DNA from: Escherichia coli
GTDB taxonomy: Bacteria; Pseudomonadota; Gammaproteobacteria; Enterobacterales; Enterobacteriaceae
NCBI RefSeq assembly: GCF_003018235.1
Contig: NZ_CP027437.1
Direction: 5' to 3' (one strand)
Length of the DNA stretch: 64,000 nt
The position numbers and the translations under genes are program-made. Each line of letters begins with the position of its first letter. Positions within the stretch are counted from its first letter, which is position 1. A model generated the notes under the pieces. That model ran no database searches. It was not told where the DNA came from and was given only the letters and a program-made list of their open reading frames with translations. Below, one piece after another: positions 21,510 to 33,190 of the stretch.

Positions 21510-22384
21510 GTTTTGATCCGACGGGCTACACCCTCGCCCATGAGCATCTGCATATTGATCTCTCCGGCTTTAAAAACAACGTGGACTGCCGCCTTGATCA
21601 GTATGCGTTCATTTGCCAGGAAATGAACGACCTGATGGCCCAGGGCGTGCGTAATGTGATTGAGATGACCAACCGTTATATGGGGCGCAATGCGCAATTT
21701 ATGCTCGATGTAATGCGCGAAACCGGCATCAACGTGGTGGCCTGTACCGGTTATTACCAGGACGCGTTTTTCCCGCAACATGTGGCGACCCGCAGCGTGC
21801 AGGAACTGGCGCAAGAGATGGTCGATGAAATTGAGCAGGGTATCGATGGCACTGACCTGAAAGCCGGGATCATCGCGGAGATTGGCTCCAGCGAAGGGAA
21901 GATTACGCCGCTGGAAGAGAAGGTGTTTATTGCCGCCGCGCTGGCACATAACCAGACCGGACGCCCGATCTCCACACATACCTCTTTTAGCACGATGGGG
22001 CTGGAACAACTGGCTCTGTTGCAAGCCCACGGAGTTGATCTTTCGCGCGTCACCGTTGGTCACTGCGATCTGAAAGACAACCTCGACAACATTTTGAAGA
22101 TGATCGATCTCGGCGCGTATGTGCAGTTCGACACCATCGGCAAGAACAGTTACTACCCGGACGAAAAGCGCATTGCGATGCTCCATGCGCTACGTGACCG
22201 TGGGTTGCTGAACCGCGTCATGCTGTCGATGGATATTACGCGCCGCTCCCATTTAAAAGCCAACGGTGGTTATGGCTATGACTATTTATTGACCACCTTT
22301 ATTCCGCAATTGCGCCAGTCAGGATTCAGTCAGGCCGATGTGGATGTGATGTTACGTGAAACTCCCTCTCAATTTTTCCAATAA
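21506..22384 (+). CDS. php: Phosphotriesterase homology protein (amidohydrolase superfamily)
   Basis: 292-aa [25 protein letters not shown] (HxH metal-binding motif); overlaps yhfW stop. Confidence 0.88.
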   Translation: MSFDPTGYTLAHEHLHIDLSGFKNNVDCRLDQYAFICQEMNDLMAQGVRNVIEMTNRYMGRNAQFMLDVMRETGINVVACTGYYQDAFFPQHVATRSVQELAQEMVDEIEQGIDGTDLKAGIIAEIGSSEGKITPLEEKVFIAAALAHNQTGRPISTHTSFSTMGLEQLALLQAHGVDLSRVTVGHCDLKDNLDNILKMIDLGAYVQFDTIGKNSYYPDEKRIAMLHALRDRGLLNRVMLSMDITRRSHLKANGGYGYDYLLTTFIPQLRQSGFSQADVDVMLRETPSQFFQ

Positions 22385-22394
22385 GGACAGACTC

Positions 22395-22748
22395 ATGAAA
22401 AAGATTGGTGTTGCAGGCTTACAGCGTGAGCAGATTAAAAAAACCATTGAAGCGACGGCTCCTGGCTGTTTTGAAGTTTTCATTCACAACGACATGGAAG
22501 CGGCAATGAAAGTGAAATCCGGGCAACTGGATTACTACATCGGCGCGTGTAATACCGGTGCGGGCGCGGCATTGTCGATTGCCATCGCGGTGATTGGCTA
22601 TAACAAAAGTTGCACCATTGCCAAACCAGGCATTAAAGCGAAAGACGAACATATCGCCAAAATGATCGCCGAAGGGAAAGTGGCGTTTGGGCTTTCCGTT
22701 GAGCATGTCGAACACGCGATTCCGATGCTGATTAACCATCTGAAATAA
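22395..22748 (+). CDS. yhfU: DUF2620-family protein YhfU
   Basis: ORF frame 22356..22748; likely start MKKIGVAGLQREQIKK gives 117 aa. Confidence 0.8.
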   Translation: MKKIGVAGLQREQIKKTIEATAPGCFEVFIHNDMEAAMKVKSGQLDYYIGACNTGAGAALSIAIAVIGYNKSCTIAKPGIKAKDEHIAKMIAEGKVAFGLSVEHVEHAIPMLINHLK

Positions 22749-22759
22749 AAGGCACGACT

Positions 22760-24064
22760 ATGGATCTGTATATTCAGATTATCGTGGTGGCGTGCCTGAC
22801 GGGTATGACATCGCTTCTGGCGCATCGCTCGGCGGCTGTTTTTCATGACGGTATCCGCCCGATCCTGCCACAACTGATTGAAGGCTATATGAACCGTCGC
22901 GAGGCGGGGAGTATCGCTTTTGGTCTGAGCATTGGTTTTGTGGCCTCGGTGGGGATCTCGTTTACCCTGAAAACCGGGCTGCTCAACGCATGGTTACTCT
23001 TTCTTCCTACCGATATCCTCGGCGTACTGGCGATAAACAGCCTGATGGCGTTTGGTCTTGGCGCTATCTGGGGCGTGTTGATCCTTACTTGCCTGTTGCC
23101 GGTAAACCAGCTGCTGACCGCGCTACCGGTGGATGTATTAGGTAGCCTGGGGGAATTAAGCTCACCGGTGGTTTCAGCTTTTGCACTGTTCCCGTTGGTG
23201 GCGATTTTCTACCAGTTTGGCTGGAAGCAAAGTCTGATCGCCGCCGTGGTGGTACTGATGACCCGTGTGGTGGTAGTGCGCTATTTCCCGCATCTCAATC
23301 CGGAATCCATCGAAATCTTTATTGGCATGGTGATGCTGCTGGGGATCGCGATAACTCACGACCTGCGTCATCGTGATGAAAATGATATTGATGCCAGCGG
23401 GCTTTCGGTGTTTGAAGAACGCACGTCGCGGATTATCAAAAACTTACCGTATATCGCTATTGTCGGGGCGCTGATTGCCGCCGTTGCCAGCATGAAGATT
23501 TTTGCTGGCAGTGAAGTGTCGATCTTCACACTGGAGAAAGCATATTCCGCAGGCGTAACGCCGGAACAATCACAAACGCTGATTAACCAGGCAGCTCTGG
23601 CGGAATTTATGCGCGGGCTGGGTTTTGTACCGTTGATTGCCACCACCGCGTTAGCCACTGGTGTGTATGCAGTTGCGGGCTTTACCTTTGTTTATGCGGT
23701 GGGCTATCTCTCGCCGAATCCGATGGTTGCAGCGGTATTAGGCGCAGTGGTTATTTCGGCGGAAGTCTTGCTGCTTCGTTCGATCGGCAAATGGCTGGGG
23801 CGCTACCCGTCGGTGCGTAATGCGTCGGATAACATCCGTAATGCCATGAATATGCTGATGGAAGTGGCGTTGCTGGTCGGTTCGATTTTCGCAGCAATTA
23901 AAATGGCGGGTTATACCGGATTCTCTATCGCAGTTGCCATTTACTTCCTCAACGAATCCCTGGGCCGTCCGGTACAGAAAATGGCGGCACCAGTCGTAGC
24001 CGTAATGATCACCGGTATTCTGCTGAATGTTCTTTACTGGCTTGGCCTGTTCGTTCCGGCTTAA
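22760..24064 (+). CDS. yhfT: Putative inner-membrane transporter YhfT
   Basis: 434-aa highly hydrophobic ORF with multiple predicted TM helices. Confidence 0.85.
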   Translation: MDLYIQIIVVACLTGMTSLLAHRSAAVFHDGIRPILPQLIEGYMNRREAGSIAFGLSIGFVASVGISFTLKTGLLNAWLLFLPTDILGVLAINSLMAFGLGAIWGVLILTCLLPVNQLLTALPVDVLGSLGELSSPVVSAFALFPLVAIFYQFGWKQSLIAAVVVLMTRVVVVRYFPHLNPESIEIFIGMVMLLGIAITHDLRHRDENDIDASGLSVFEERTSRIIKNLPYIAIVGALIAAVASMKIFAGSEVSIFTLEKAYSAGVTPEQSQTLINQAALAEFMRGLGFVPLIATTALATGVYAVAGFTFVYAVGYLSPNPMVAAVLGAVVISAEVLLLRSIGKWLGRYPSVRNASDNIRNAMNMLMEVALLVGSIFAAIKMAGYTGFSIAVAIYFLNESLGRPVQKMAAPVVAVMITGILLNVLYWLGLFVPA

Positions 24065-24075
24065 GGAAGGCACCT

Positions 24076-25161
24076 ATGAAGACGTTTCCTCTGCAAAGCC
24101 TGACGATTATTGAGGCGCAGCAAAAGCAGTTTGCGCTGGTGGATAGCATTTGTCGCCATTTTCCTGGTAGCGAATTTCTTACCTGCGGTGATTTGGGATT
24201 AACGCCGGGACTGAATCAACCGTGCATTACCCAGCGTGTGGAACAGGTGCTGGCTGATGCATTTCACGCACAGGCTGCGGCGCTGGTACAGGGCGCGGGT
24301 ACTGGCGCGATCCGTGCGGCGTTGGCGGCTTTGCTCAAACCGGGGCAGCGTCTTCTGGTGCATGACGCGCCGGTTTACCCGACGACTCAGGTCATTATTG
24401 AGCAGATGGGGCTGACGCTTATCACTGCTGATTTCAATGACCTGTTGGCACTGAAGCAGGTTGTCGACGAGCAACAACCAGATGCCGCGCTGGTGCAGCA
24501 TACGCGCCAGCAGCCGCAGGACGGGTACATTCTGGCAGATGTGCTGGCAACGTTGCGCTCGGCTGGCGTTCCTGCATTAACCGATGACAACTATGCGGTG
24601 ATGAAAGTGGCGCGAATTGGCTGCGAATGCGGAGCAAATGTCTCGACTTTTTCCTGCTTCAAGCTGTTTGGGCCGGAGGGTGTTGGCGCGGTGGTAGGTG
24701 ATGCCGATGTTATTAGTCGGATTCGCGCCACGCTCTATTCCGGCGGCAGCCAGATTCAGGGCGCTCAGGCGCTGGAAGTCTTGCGTGGGCTGGTGTTTGC
24801 GCCAGTGATGCACGCGGTGCAGGCGGGGGTATCTGAACGGTTGCTGGCTTTGCTTAACGGCGGCGCGGTGGCGGAAGTGAAAAGCGCCGTCATTGCCAAT
24901 GCACAGTCGAAGGTATTGATTGTGGAGTTTCATCAGCCGATTGCCGTCAGAGTGCTGGAAGAGGCGCAGAAACTCGGTGCCTTGCCTTACCCGGTTGGTG
25001 CAGAGTCGAAATATGAAATCCCGCCGCTCTTTTATCGACTTTCCGGAACGTTTCGCCAGGCGAATCCGCAGTTAGAACATTGCGCGATTCGCATTAACCC
25101 AAATCGCAGCGGTGAAGAGACGATATTGCGGATCTTGCGTGAAAGTATTGCCAGCATTTAA
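24076..25161 (+). CDS. yhfS: Putative PLP-dependent enzyme YhfS
   Basis: 361-aa ORF; last gene of the cluster. Confidence 0.83.
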   Translation: MKTFPLQSLTIIEAQQKQFALVDSICRHFPGSEFLTCGDLGLTPGLNQPCITQRVEQVLADAFHAQAAALVQGAGTGAIRAALAALLKPGQRLLVHDAPVYPTTQVIIEQMGLTLITADFNDLLALKQVVDEQQPDAALVQHTRQQPQDGYILADVLATLRSAGVPALTDDNYAVMKVARIGCECGANVSTFSCFKLFGPEGVGAVVGDADVISRIRATLYSGGSQIQGAQALEVLRGLVFAPVMHAVQAGVSERLLALLNGGAVAEVKSAVIANAQSKVLIVEFHQPIAVRVLEEAQKLGALPYPVGAESKYEIPPLFYRLSGTFRQANPQLEHCAIRINPNRSGEETILRILRESIASI

Positions 25162-25203
25162 TCGTTGTAAACGATATTTTTGAAAAGAATGCAGAAACAA
25201 ATA

Positions 25204-25227
25204 CGCCCTCGGATTACTCCGAGGGCG
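25204..25227. terminator. Bidirectional terminator hairpin between convergent yhfS and yhfL
   Basis: cgccctcgg-attact-ccgagggcg stem-loop in the ~110-bp yhfS–yhfL spacer. Confidence 0.6.
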
Positions 25228-25271
25228 TCAGGCAATTAAACCGGCGTTAGCCGATTTCTGTCAGAGACTTA

Positions 25272-25436
25272 CTATGCAGTCGGACCGCAACCGCCAATGA
25301 TTTTAGAAATAGAAATTGCCGGGTGCAGCAGGTAGTCGTAAGAGCAGTTCTTATCACGGTTTTCAATATGACCAGTACATGCAGTTAACGTAGCCAGTAC
25401 TGCGCCTACCAGTGCAACTTTAATAAATTTGTTCAT
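25272..25436 (-). CDS. yhfL: Small lipoprotein YhfL
   Basis: Not in ORF track (too short). Reverse-strand translation MNKFIKVALVGAVLATLTACTGHIENRDKNCSYDYLLHPAISISKIIGGCGPTA, 54 aa, lipobox LTAC; matches recalled YhfL. Confidence 0.85.
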   Translation of the reverse strand: MNKFIKVALVGAVLATLTACTGHIENRDKNCSYDYLLHPAISISKIIGGCGPTA

Positions 25437-25682
25437 TTACATTCCCTATGTATTATATATTGATTAATATTCATTGATTATATGAATATAAGCAGACTGC
25501 TCATTAAGAACGATACAGGAATATTTAATTAGCGTCAGTGAGTGAATGGCTTAATTTTGTAAGTCGCTGTAACGGTGAATATAACCCATTAGCAGATAAT
25601 ATTTATTAAGGGGTTATGTTTTATTTGCTGAATATATAAAAAGAGTCATTAAGAAGGCCAGAATTCTCTGGCCTGGGTTACA

Positions 25683-27056
25683 TTAATGGTTGGAGAACCA
25701 GTTCAGTTTATCGCGCAGGCCAACAACCCGACCAATAATAATTAGCGATGGACTGTTCATTTGCTGCGCCAGTTCGCCCAGCTGCGAGAGTGTACCGTCA
25801 ATCACGCGCTGCGTGACTGCCGTTCCGTTTTCGACAATTGCCACCGGCATTTCGCCAGGCATACCGTGTTCAATCAGCTTTTGCTGAATAGTCGCGGCCT
25901 GATTCAACCCCATATAGAACACCAGCGTCTGTTTTTCTGCCGCCAGGTTTTCCCAGTCCAGTTCGCCACCGGTTTTTAAGTGTCCGGTAATTAAGCGTAC
26001 GCTCTGGGCATAATCGCGATGCGTGAGCGGAATACCCGAATAGGCAGAGCAACCAGAAGCTGCGGTAATACCCGGAACCACCGAGAACGGAATACCCGCG
26101 TTGCACAGTGTTTCCAGCTCTTCGCCACCACGGCCAAAAATAAACGGATCGCCGCCTTTCAGCCGCACCACGCGTTTGCCTTTTTGCGCTTCCCGTAGCA
26201 GGATCTGGTTTATCTCTTCCTGCGGTACGCAGTGGTATCCCGCGCGTTTGCCGACGAAAACGCGATCAGCATCGCGGCGTACCAGATTCATAATATCGTC
26301 AGAAACCAGACGGTCGTAAACCACCACATCTGCCTGCTGAATTTGTTGCAGACCCTTCAGTGTCAGCAGCCCGGCATCGCCCGGACCTGCGCCAACCAGC
26401 ACCACTTCACCGCGATGATCGAGCGGTTCATTGATTAACTGTTCGGTCGTTTCAGTAATGGCTTTCTGATCGTTGTTTGCCAGCGACTGCGCCAGGCGGT
26501 CGTTAACGAACAATTTCTCCCAGAAACGGCGACGCTCACCCATCGTGGCGAACTGTTGTTTCACTCGCCCGCGTAATTGCCCGGCGTATTTCGCTACCTG
26601 GCCCAGATGCAACGGCAGCAGTGATTCGAGTTTTTCGCGCAACAGGCGTGCCAGAACCGGAGAGGTGCCGCCAGAGGAGACCGCGACCATGAGCGGTGAG
26701 CGGTCAATAATCGACGGCATAATAAAGCTGGCGGCTTTCGGCGCATCGACCACGTTACAGAAGATGCGACGAGCTTCAGCGGCTTCACTGACGCGCTGGT
26801 TAAGCGCGTCATCATCCGTCGCTGCAATCGCCAGCCAGCAGGTGTCGAGAAGGCTTTCATCAAATGGCCCTTCGACGAGGGTTAACATGCCTGCATCTGC
26901 CCATGCGGTGAACTGTGGAATAAACGCTAATGCATTCACCGTTAAGCGAGCGCCTGCGTCTAACAGCAACCTTGCTTTGCGTTCCGCGACATCACCACCG
27001 CCGACAATCAGACAGTCGCGATCGCGTAATTGGCAAAATATAGGCAAATGATCCAC
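25683..27056 (-). CDS. cysG: Siroheme synthase (multifunctional)
   Basis: 457-aa [35 protein letters not shown]... matches CysG; last gene of nirBDC-cysG. Confidence 0.96.
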   Translation of the reverse strand: MDHLPIFCQLRDRDCLIVGGGDVAERKARLLLDAGARLTVNALAFIPQFTAWADAGMLTLVEGPFDESLLDTCWLAIAATDDDALNQRVSEAAEARRIFCNVVDAPKAASFIMPSIIDRSPLMVAVSSGGTSPVLARLLREKLESLLPLHLGQVAKYAGQLRGRVKQQFATMGERRRFWEKLFVNDRLAQSLANNDQKAITETTEQLINEPLDHRGEVVLVGAGPGDAGLLTLKGLQQIQQADVVVYDRLVSDDIMNLVRRDADRVFVGKRAGYHCVPQEEINQILLREAQKGKRVVRLKGGDPFIFGRGGEELETLCNAGIPFSVVPGITAASGCSAYSGIPLTHRDYAQSVRLITGHLKTGGELDWENLAAEKQTLVFYMGLNQAATIQQKLIEHGMPGEMPVAIVENGTAVTQRVIDGTLSQLGELAQQMNSPSLIIIGRVVGLRDKLNWFSNH

Positions 27057-27074
27057 GTAAAAACCCCTTAGTAA

Positions 27075-27881
27075 TTAACCGGCAGCTGTTTCAGTTTGAT
27101 TAAATTTGTCCGCAACCGGACGATTCGCTTTCGGCGTAGCATACCAATAACCCAATCCCATGAATACGGCACCTGATAAAGTATTACCCAGCGTCACCCA
27201 CAGCAGGTTATGACCAATACCCGCCAGCGTGTAGGCTTCGCTGTGGTTGCCAAACCAGGAGAGGGCGAACAGCGTCATGTTAGCGATGGAGTGCTCGTAG
27301 CCGGACGCGATAAATGCCAGCAGACACCACCAGATAGCGATAAATTTCGCCGCCCCTTCAGTGCGCAGCGCCATCCAGATAGCCAGGCAAACCAGCCAGT
27401 TACACAATGCACCTTTGAAGAACAGTACCATTGCCGGTGCAGTGGTTTTAGCCAGCGCGACGGAGTGAACGATGCTGGTATCTACCGGCAGCAGGCTACC
27501 GCCACCCCAGCTATAGAGCATGGCAACGAAGACGGAACCGACCAGGTTACCCAGCCAGGTTTGCGGCAGGATTGCCCACATTTGCCCGTGGCTGATAGTG
27601 CCCGCTTTCACTCCAAAGGTGAGGAACATGGTGTGTCCGGTGAACAGCTCAGAACCAGCAATAATGACCAGCGTTAAGGCGATACCAAAGGTCGCGCCCA
27701 TCACCAGAGGACGTACGGACGGGTCGAGCAAATTACCGAGCGTGAAAATCAGGATGATCCCAAGACCCACATACGCGCCCGCCATGGCGGAGCTGACCCA
27801 GAAGCCGAGCGGGTTATTTGCCGACAGGCGTGCAATGCGCGCAGCGTTAGCCGCACACTTATTAATAGTGTCTGTAAACAT
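27075..27881 (-). CDS. nirC: Nitrite transporter NirC (FNT family)
   Basis: 268-aa hydrophobic ORF between nirD and cysG. Confidence 0.94.
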   Translation of the reverse strand: MFTDTINKCAANAARIARLSANNPLGFWVSSAMAGAYVGLGIILIFTLGNLLDPSVRPLVMGATFGIALTLVIIAGSELFTGHTMFLTFGVKAGTISHGQMWAILPQTWLGNLVGSVFVAMLYSWGGGSLLPVDTSIVHSVALAKTTAPAMVLFFKGALCNWLVCLAIWMALRTEGAAKFIAIWWCLLAFIASGYEHSIANMTLFALSWFGNHSEAYTLAGIGHNLLWVTLGNTLSGAVFMGLGYWYATPKANRPVADKFNQTETAAG

Positions 27882-28006
27882 TTGATTATCCTTTAAAAAA
27901 TAAAAACAAAAAATAAAACAAAAAGTTTAAAAAATGTCCTGCAATATACCGAAGGTCATTACAGGACAATGCAAAAAGGGGAGGCATTGCGCCTCCCGTT
28001 AAAACA

Positions 28007-28333
28007 TTAACCGCGCAGCTGTACCACGCCGTCTTTCACTCGCGCTTCGTAATGCTTGACGGAAAACTGTTCGTCTTCCATGCACAAGCCGTCGCTTAAG
28101 CGAAAACGCTGTTTTTTCAGCGGGCTGGCGACCCACAGCTCGCCCTGGTGTTCCGCAATCAGCCCGCGTGACAACACGCTGGACTCGAAGAACGGGTCGA
28201 TGTTGCTGATCGCAAACACCTGGTCGCTGTGATACGGGCGGAAAATTGCTACCTGCTCGTCACCTAACAGCGCGCAGACGCCGGTTTCAGGCAGGATGTC
28301 ATCGATTTTGCAGATGTCTTTCCACTGGCTCAT
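28007..28333 (-). CDS. nirD: Nitrite reductase (NADH) small subunit
   Basis: 108-aa ORF MSQWKDICKIDDILPETGVCALLGDEQVAIFRP (Rieske-like). Confidence 0.95.
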   Translation of the reverse strand: MSQWKDICKIDDILPETGVCALLGDEQVAIFRPYHSDQVFAISNIDPFFESSVLSRGLIAEHQGELWVASPLKKQRFRLSDGLCMEDEQFSVKHYEARVKDGVVQLRG

Positions 28334-30873
28334 GCGTTGTCCTCCACCAGAGTTACCGGGATACGTTCATACGGCGTTGCCGGACGGTGCTGTTCGCGCT
28401 CTGGCACCATCTGCACGTTCGGGTCACGCTTGTCGCTGTTGATGAAGTGTTTGAAGCGAGTCTGCGCGGACGGTGTATTGACCGTCTCAGTCCACTCACA
28501 TACTACCGCTTCACGCAGGCGCGCCATCTCTTCTTCCAGATGTGCGTTCAGCCCCAGTTTGTCGTCAATGATCACCGCTTTCAGGTAATCGATGCCGCCT
28601 TCAAGGTTTTCTAACCACGGCGCGGTACGCGTCAGTTTGTCGGCAGTACGGATGTAGAACATCATGAAGCGGTCGAGATATTTGATCAGCGTTTCGCGAT
28701 CGATATCCGCCGCCAGCAGATCCGCATGACGCGGTTTCATGCCGCCGTTACCGCAAACATACAGGTTCCAGCCTTTTTCGGTGGCGATGATACCCACGTC
28801 TTTACCCTGGGCTTCTGAACATTCACGGGTACAGCCGGAGACACCGAACTTCATTTTGTGCGGCGTACGGATGCCTTTGTAGCGGTTTTCCAGTTCCACG
28901 CCGAGGCCGACGCTGTCGCCAACGCCGTAGCGGCACCAGGTGCTACCCACGCAGGTTTTCGCCATACGCAGTGCTTTCGCATAGGCATGACCGGTTTCGA
29001 AACCGGCTTCAATCAGCTGACGCCAGATTTCCGGCAGATCGTCTTTCTGTGCGCCAAACATCGCCAGGCGCTGGGAGCCGGTGATTTTGGTGTAGAGATT
29101 AAATTCACGCGCGATACGACCCACTGCCATCAGCCCTTCCGGGGTGATTTCACCGCCCGGAGAACGCGGGATCACCGAGTAGGTGCCGTCTTTCTGGATG
29201 TTAGCGAGGAAGTTATCGTTAGAATCCTGCAGAGGAGTATGTTCCGGCTTCAGAATGTATTCGTTCCAGCAGGAGGCCAGCAGCGAACCGACGGTCGGTT
29301 TACAAACTTCACAACCGTAGCCTTTGCCGTGTTTCGCCAGCAGCTCTTCGAAGGTTTTAATGCCTTCAACGCGGATTAAATGGAACAGTTCCTGACGCGA
29401 ATAAGCAAAGTGTTCGCACAGGTTGTTGTTAACTTCGATGCCCTGTTTCGCCAGTTCCGCGTTCAGTACCTGAGTAACCAGCGGGATACAGCCACCGCAG
29501 CCAGTACCCGCTTTGGTTTCAGCTTTCAGCGCCGCAACGGTGTGGCAGCCTTTGTTGATGGCAGCAATCAGATCACCTTTGGTGACGTCGAAGCAGGAGC
29601 AGATTTGCGCGCTGTCCGGCAGTTTATCAACACCGATAGACGGCTTACCGCTACCCGAGTGCGCCGGCAGGATCAGAGAATCCGGGTTTTCCGGCAGCTC
29701 GATAGCGTTCAGCACCAGTTGCAGTAGGTTGCCGTAGTCGCTGGTATCGCCCACCAGTACCGCACCGAGCAGGGTTTTGTTGTCTTCGCTGACAATCAGG
29801 CGTTTGTAGATCTCTTTGCTTTCGTCGAGGTAAACGTAGCTACGTGCGCCAGGCGTGCGACCGTGCGCATCACCAATACCGCCTACGTCTACGCCCAGCA
29901 GTTTCAGCTTGGCGCTAAGGTCAGCACCTTCAAAGGCGTTTTCGCTACCGAGAATATGGTCAACGGCGACCTGCGCCATTTTGTATCCTGGTGCTACCAG
30001 ACCAAATACACGGTTGTTCCAGCTTGCGCATTCACCGATGGCGTAGATATCCGGATCGGAAGTCTGGCAGGAATCATTGATGACAATACCCCCACGCGGA
30101 GCAACGTCCAGACCACACTGGGTTGCCAGCTTATCGCGCGGACGGATACCGGTTGAGAAGACGATAAAGTCGACTTCCAGCTCGCTGCCGTCGGCAAAAC
30201 GCATGGTTTTACGCGCTTCGACACCTTCCTGCACAATCTCAAGGGTGTTTTTGCTGGTGTGAACGCGCACGCCCATACTTTCGATTTTGCGACGCAGCTG
30301 CTCGCCGCCCATCTGATCAAGCTGTTCCGCCATCAGCATAGGGGCAAATTCGATAACGTGGGTTTCAATGCCTAAGTTTTTCAGCGCGCCAGCGGCTTCC
30401 AGACCTAACAGGCCGCCACCAACAACGGCACCGCGTTTGCTGCGACGGGCGCAGGATTCAATGGCGTTGAGGTCTTCAATGGTGCGATAGACAAAGCAGT
30501 CCTGAGTATCAGAACCTTTGATTGGCGGGATCCACGGGTAGGAACCGGTCGCCATGATCAGCTTGTCATAAAAAACGGTGCGCCCGGCGCTGGAGTGAAT
30601 CACCTTCTCCTGACGGTTGATGGTGATAGCGCGTTCGCCGACCAGAACTTTGATGCCGTGTTTCTCGTAGAAGCCTTCGCGCACCAGCGACAGCTCTTCG
30701 GCGGTGTGGTGAGAGAAGTAAGACGAGAGGTGTACGCGGTCATAAGCGATGCGCGGTTCTTCACAGAAAACGGTAATATCAAAGTTGGCCGCATCAGATT
30801 TATCAAGAAGATCTTCGATAAAGCGATGGCCGACCATACCGTTACCGATAATTGCGAGTCTGACTTTGCTCAT
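28330..30873 (-). CDS. nirB: Nitrite reductase (NADH) large subunit
   Basis: 847-aa ORF MSKVRLAIIGNGMVGHRFIEDLL... with FAD/NAD fold and siroheme domains; stop overlaps nirD start. Confidence 0.96.
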   Translation of the reverse strand: MSKVRLAIIGNGMVGHRFIEDLLDKSDAANFDITVFCEEPRIAYDRVHLSSYFSHHTAEELSLVREGFYEKHGIKVLVGERAITINRQEKVIHSSAGRTVFYDKLIMATGSYPWIPPIKGSDTQDCFVYRTIEDLNAIESCARRSKRGAVVGGGLLGLEAAGALKNLGIETHVIEFAPMLMAEQLDQMGGEQLRRKIESMGVRVHTSKNTLEIVQEGVEARKTMRFADGSELEVDFIVFSTGIRPRDKLATQCGLDVAPRGGIVINDSCQTSDPDIYAIGECASWNNRVFGLVAPGYKMAQVAVDHILGSENAFEGADLSAKLKLLGVDVGGIGDAHGRTPGARSYVYLDESKEIYKRLIVSEDNKTLLGAVLVGDTSDYGNLLQLVLNAIELPENPDSLILPAHSGSGKPSIGVDKLPDSAQICSCFDVTKGDLIAAINKGCHTVAALKAETKAGTGCGGCIPLVTQVLNAELAKQGIEVNNNLCEHFAYSRQELFHLIRVEGIKTFEELLAKHGKGYGCEVCKPTVGSLLASCWNEYILKPEHTPLQDSNDNFLANIQKDGTYSVIPRSPGGEITPEGLMAVGRIAREFNLYTKITGSQRLAMFGAQKDDLPEIWRQLIEAGFETGHAYAKALRMAKTCVGSTWCRYGVGDSVGLGVELENRYKGIRTPHKMKFGVSGCTRECSEAQGKDVGIIATEKGWNLYVCGNGGMKPRHADLLAADIDRETLIKYLDRFMMFYIRTADKLTRTAPWLENLEGGIDYLKAVIIDDKLGLNAHLEEEMARLREAVVCEWTETVNTPSAQTRFKHFINSDKRDPNVQMVPEREQHRPATPYERIPVTLVEDNA

Positions 30874-30931
30874 TTTTGCCTCGATTTCTTTTCTATTACC
30901 GCCTACCTTAACGATTCAGCAACCCCGCTTA

Positions 30932-30945
30932 TTGATGTAAATCAA
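30932..30945 (-). promoter_or_regulatory. FNR-binding site of the nirB promoter
   Basis: Perfect TTGAT-N4-ATCAA (ttgatgtaaatcaa) centred about 65 bp upstream of the nirB ATG, consistent with the known class II FNR site at -41.5. Confidence 0.8.
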
Positions 30946-31134
30946 ATTCACCTTTATATACTCCTTAAGGGGTATATTACTGATTTGTATAAATTTTCTT
31001 AAGTCACGGAATTGTCTGACATTTCATGTTTGTGCAAAAAACAGACAAAATGAACGGGTCTATAGAAATAGATGTACGTAGCAGGGTAAGAGAGGAAAAG
31101 GCCGGACGACGATAGCGCCGCCCGGCATGAGCAA

Positions 31135-32316
31135 TTAATGAGAGGTCAGGGTGTTATGCTGACGGTGACGGCTGACGAAACCTAACAGGAAGCACATCAC
31201 AAAGACGACAGCGTACAGACCGTTTGCTGTAAGCAGTGCCGCCTGCGGACCGCTATGTTCAACAATCGGCCCGGTAACCACAAAGGTCAACATAGTACCG
31301 ATGGTCCCGCAGGTCAGGACAAAGTTAACCAGTTTTGGCGACGGTACTTTGGTCTGCTGTGAACCCAGGGTGATGATGGTGGTATAGATCGCGCTGGAGA
31401 AGAAGCCCAGGGCGAGAATTGACCACGCCATATGTGCCGGTGTTCCGGTGTTAAAGACGTACATCAGAATCGCAGCCAGACCCGCCAGTACGGTCAGGAT
31501 ACGTTGCAAATCAAAGAAGCGAAGAATAAAGCTGAACGCCCACATGCCGACCATGTATGACATCCAGAAGTTACTCACCAGCGTACCAGCATCATTCAGG
31601 CTCATGCCCAGGCCTTTGGCATACTCCGGCACCCAGGAGATAAAACCTAACTGACCGAGGATGTAGCACAGTGCCGCAATGGAGAGAAACAGCACGCCGA
31701 TCCCCCACTTTTCTTTCTCTACCGGAGCATCCGTTTTTGGTGCATGTTTGCCCAGTGCCGGGAACTCACAGCCGAAGGTCAGAATAAAAATAGCGACATA
31801 CACCAGCCCGATGCAGGCATAAACCCAGTACCACTCAATGCTGCGCGCCAGTAGAAACGCGGCGATCATTGGGAAAATCATCCCAGCCATACTGAAGAAG
31901 GAGTCGGTAAATAACAGGCGGGAACCGCGCTGACGCCCTTCATACATTTGTGTTACTAGGAATGTACCAATCGACATAGTAATGCCGCTGACCACCCCGA
32001 GAATGAACATCGCCGCCGAGAACAGCGCCAGGCTGTGGCTGAACATCAAACCGGCAACCGCCAGCACCATCAGGAGAAAGCCAAAACGTAACTGCGTTTT
32101 CAACGGGACGATTTCCATCAGCCAGGCGTTGAGGAAGATAGAGATTAAAATGCCGGCGTTGAGGAAGGTGAAGGTATTACTCATACTGGAAACAGGCAGA
32201 TTGAAATAATCGGCGATATTTCCCATCACCATCCCGGTGACAATAACCAACGCACCGGTCAGTGCGTAGGAGAGAAAGCTAATCCATGTGAGCTTGATGC
32301 GATTGCTGTTAGTCAT
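31135..32316 (-). CDS. tsgA: MFS-family membrane protein TsgA
   Basis: 393-aa hydrophobic ORF upstream of nirB. Confidence 0.9.
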   Translation of the reverse strand: MTNSNRIKLTWISFLSYALTGALVIVTGMVMGNIADYFNLPVSSMSNTFTFLNAGILISIFLNAWLMEIVPLKTQLRFGFLLMVLAVAGLMFSHSLALFSAAMFILGVVSGITMSIGTFLVTQMYEGRQRGSRLLFTDSFFSMAGMIFPMIAAFLLARSIEWYWVYACIGLVYVAIFILTFGCEFPALGKHAPKTDAPVEKEKWGIGVLFLSIAALCYILGQLGFISWVPEYAKGLGMSLNDAGTLVSNFWMSYMVGMWAFSFILRFFDLQRILTVLAGLAAILMYVFNTGTPAHMAWSILALGFFSSAIYTTIITLGSQQTKVPSPKLVNFVLTCGTIGTMLTFVVTGPIVEHSGPQAALLTANGLYAVVFVMCFLLGFVSRHRQHNTLTSH

Positions 32317-32577
32317 GATTGGCCTGCGTTCAAAAATAAAATGGCATAGCGGGTTATGCCGAGAGCGGGCGATTTTAGGCGATTTTGTGATCTGATTAAA
32401 TGTTTTATTGCAATCGGTTGCTAAATTGCATTTTAAGAGGTGATTTTGATCACAGAATAAAAAGTGATCGTCAGGTTACATATATTTCAGATACGTAAAA
32501 TTAGGTAAAGGGATGGCCTTGTTCTTGAAGGCTATTTAGAATCTCTTCACTTGCTTTTTTTCTGCTCTGTTTGTTAA

Positions 32578-33159
<582 letters not shown>

Positions 33160-33168
33160 TGATTTCTC

Positions 33169-33190
33169 GCGCGGGCAATCTTGCCCGCGC
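33169..33190 (+). terminator. Possible terminator hairpin after ppiA
   Basis: gcgcgggcaa-tc-ttgcccgcgc perfect stem after the ppiA stop; weak T-tract. Confidence 0.4.
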
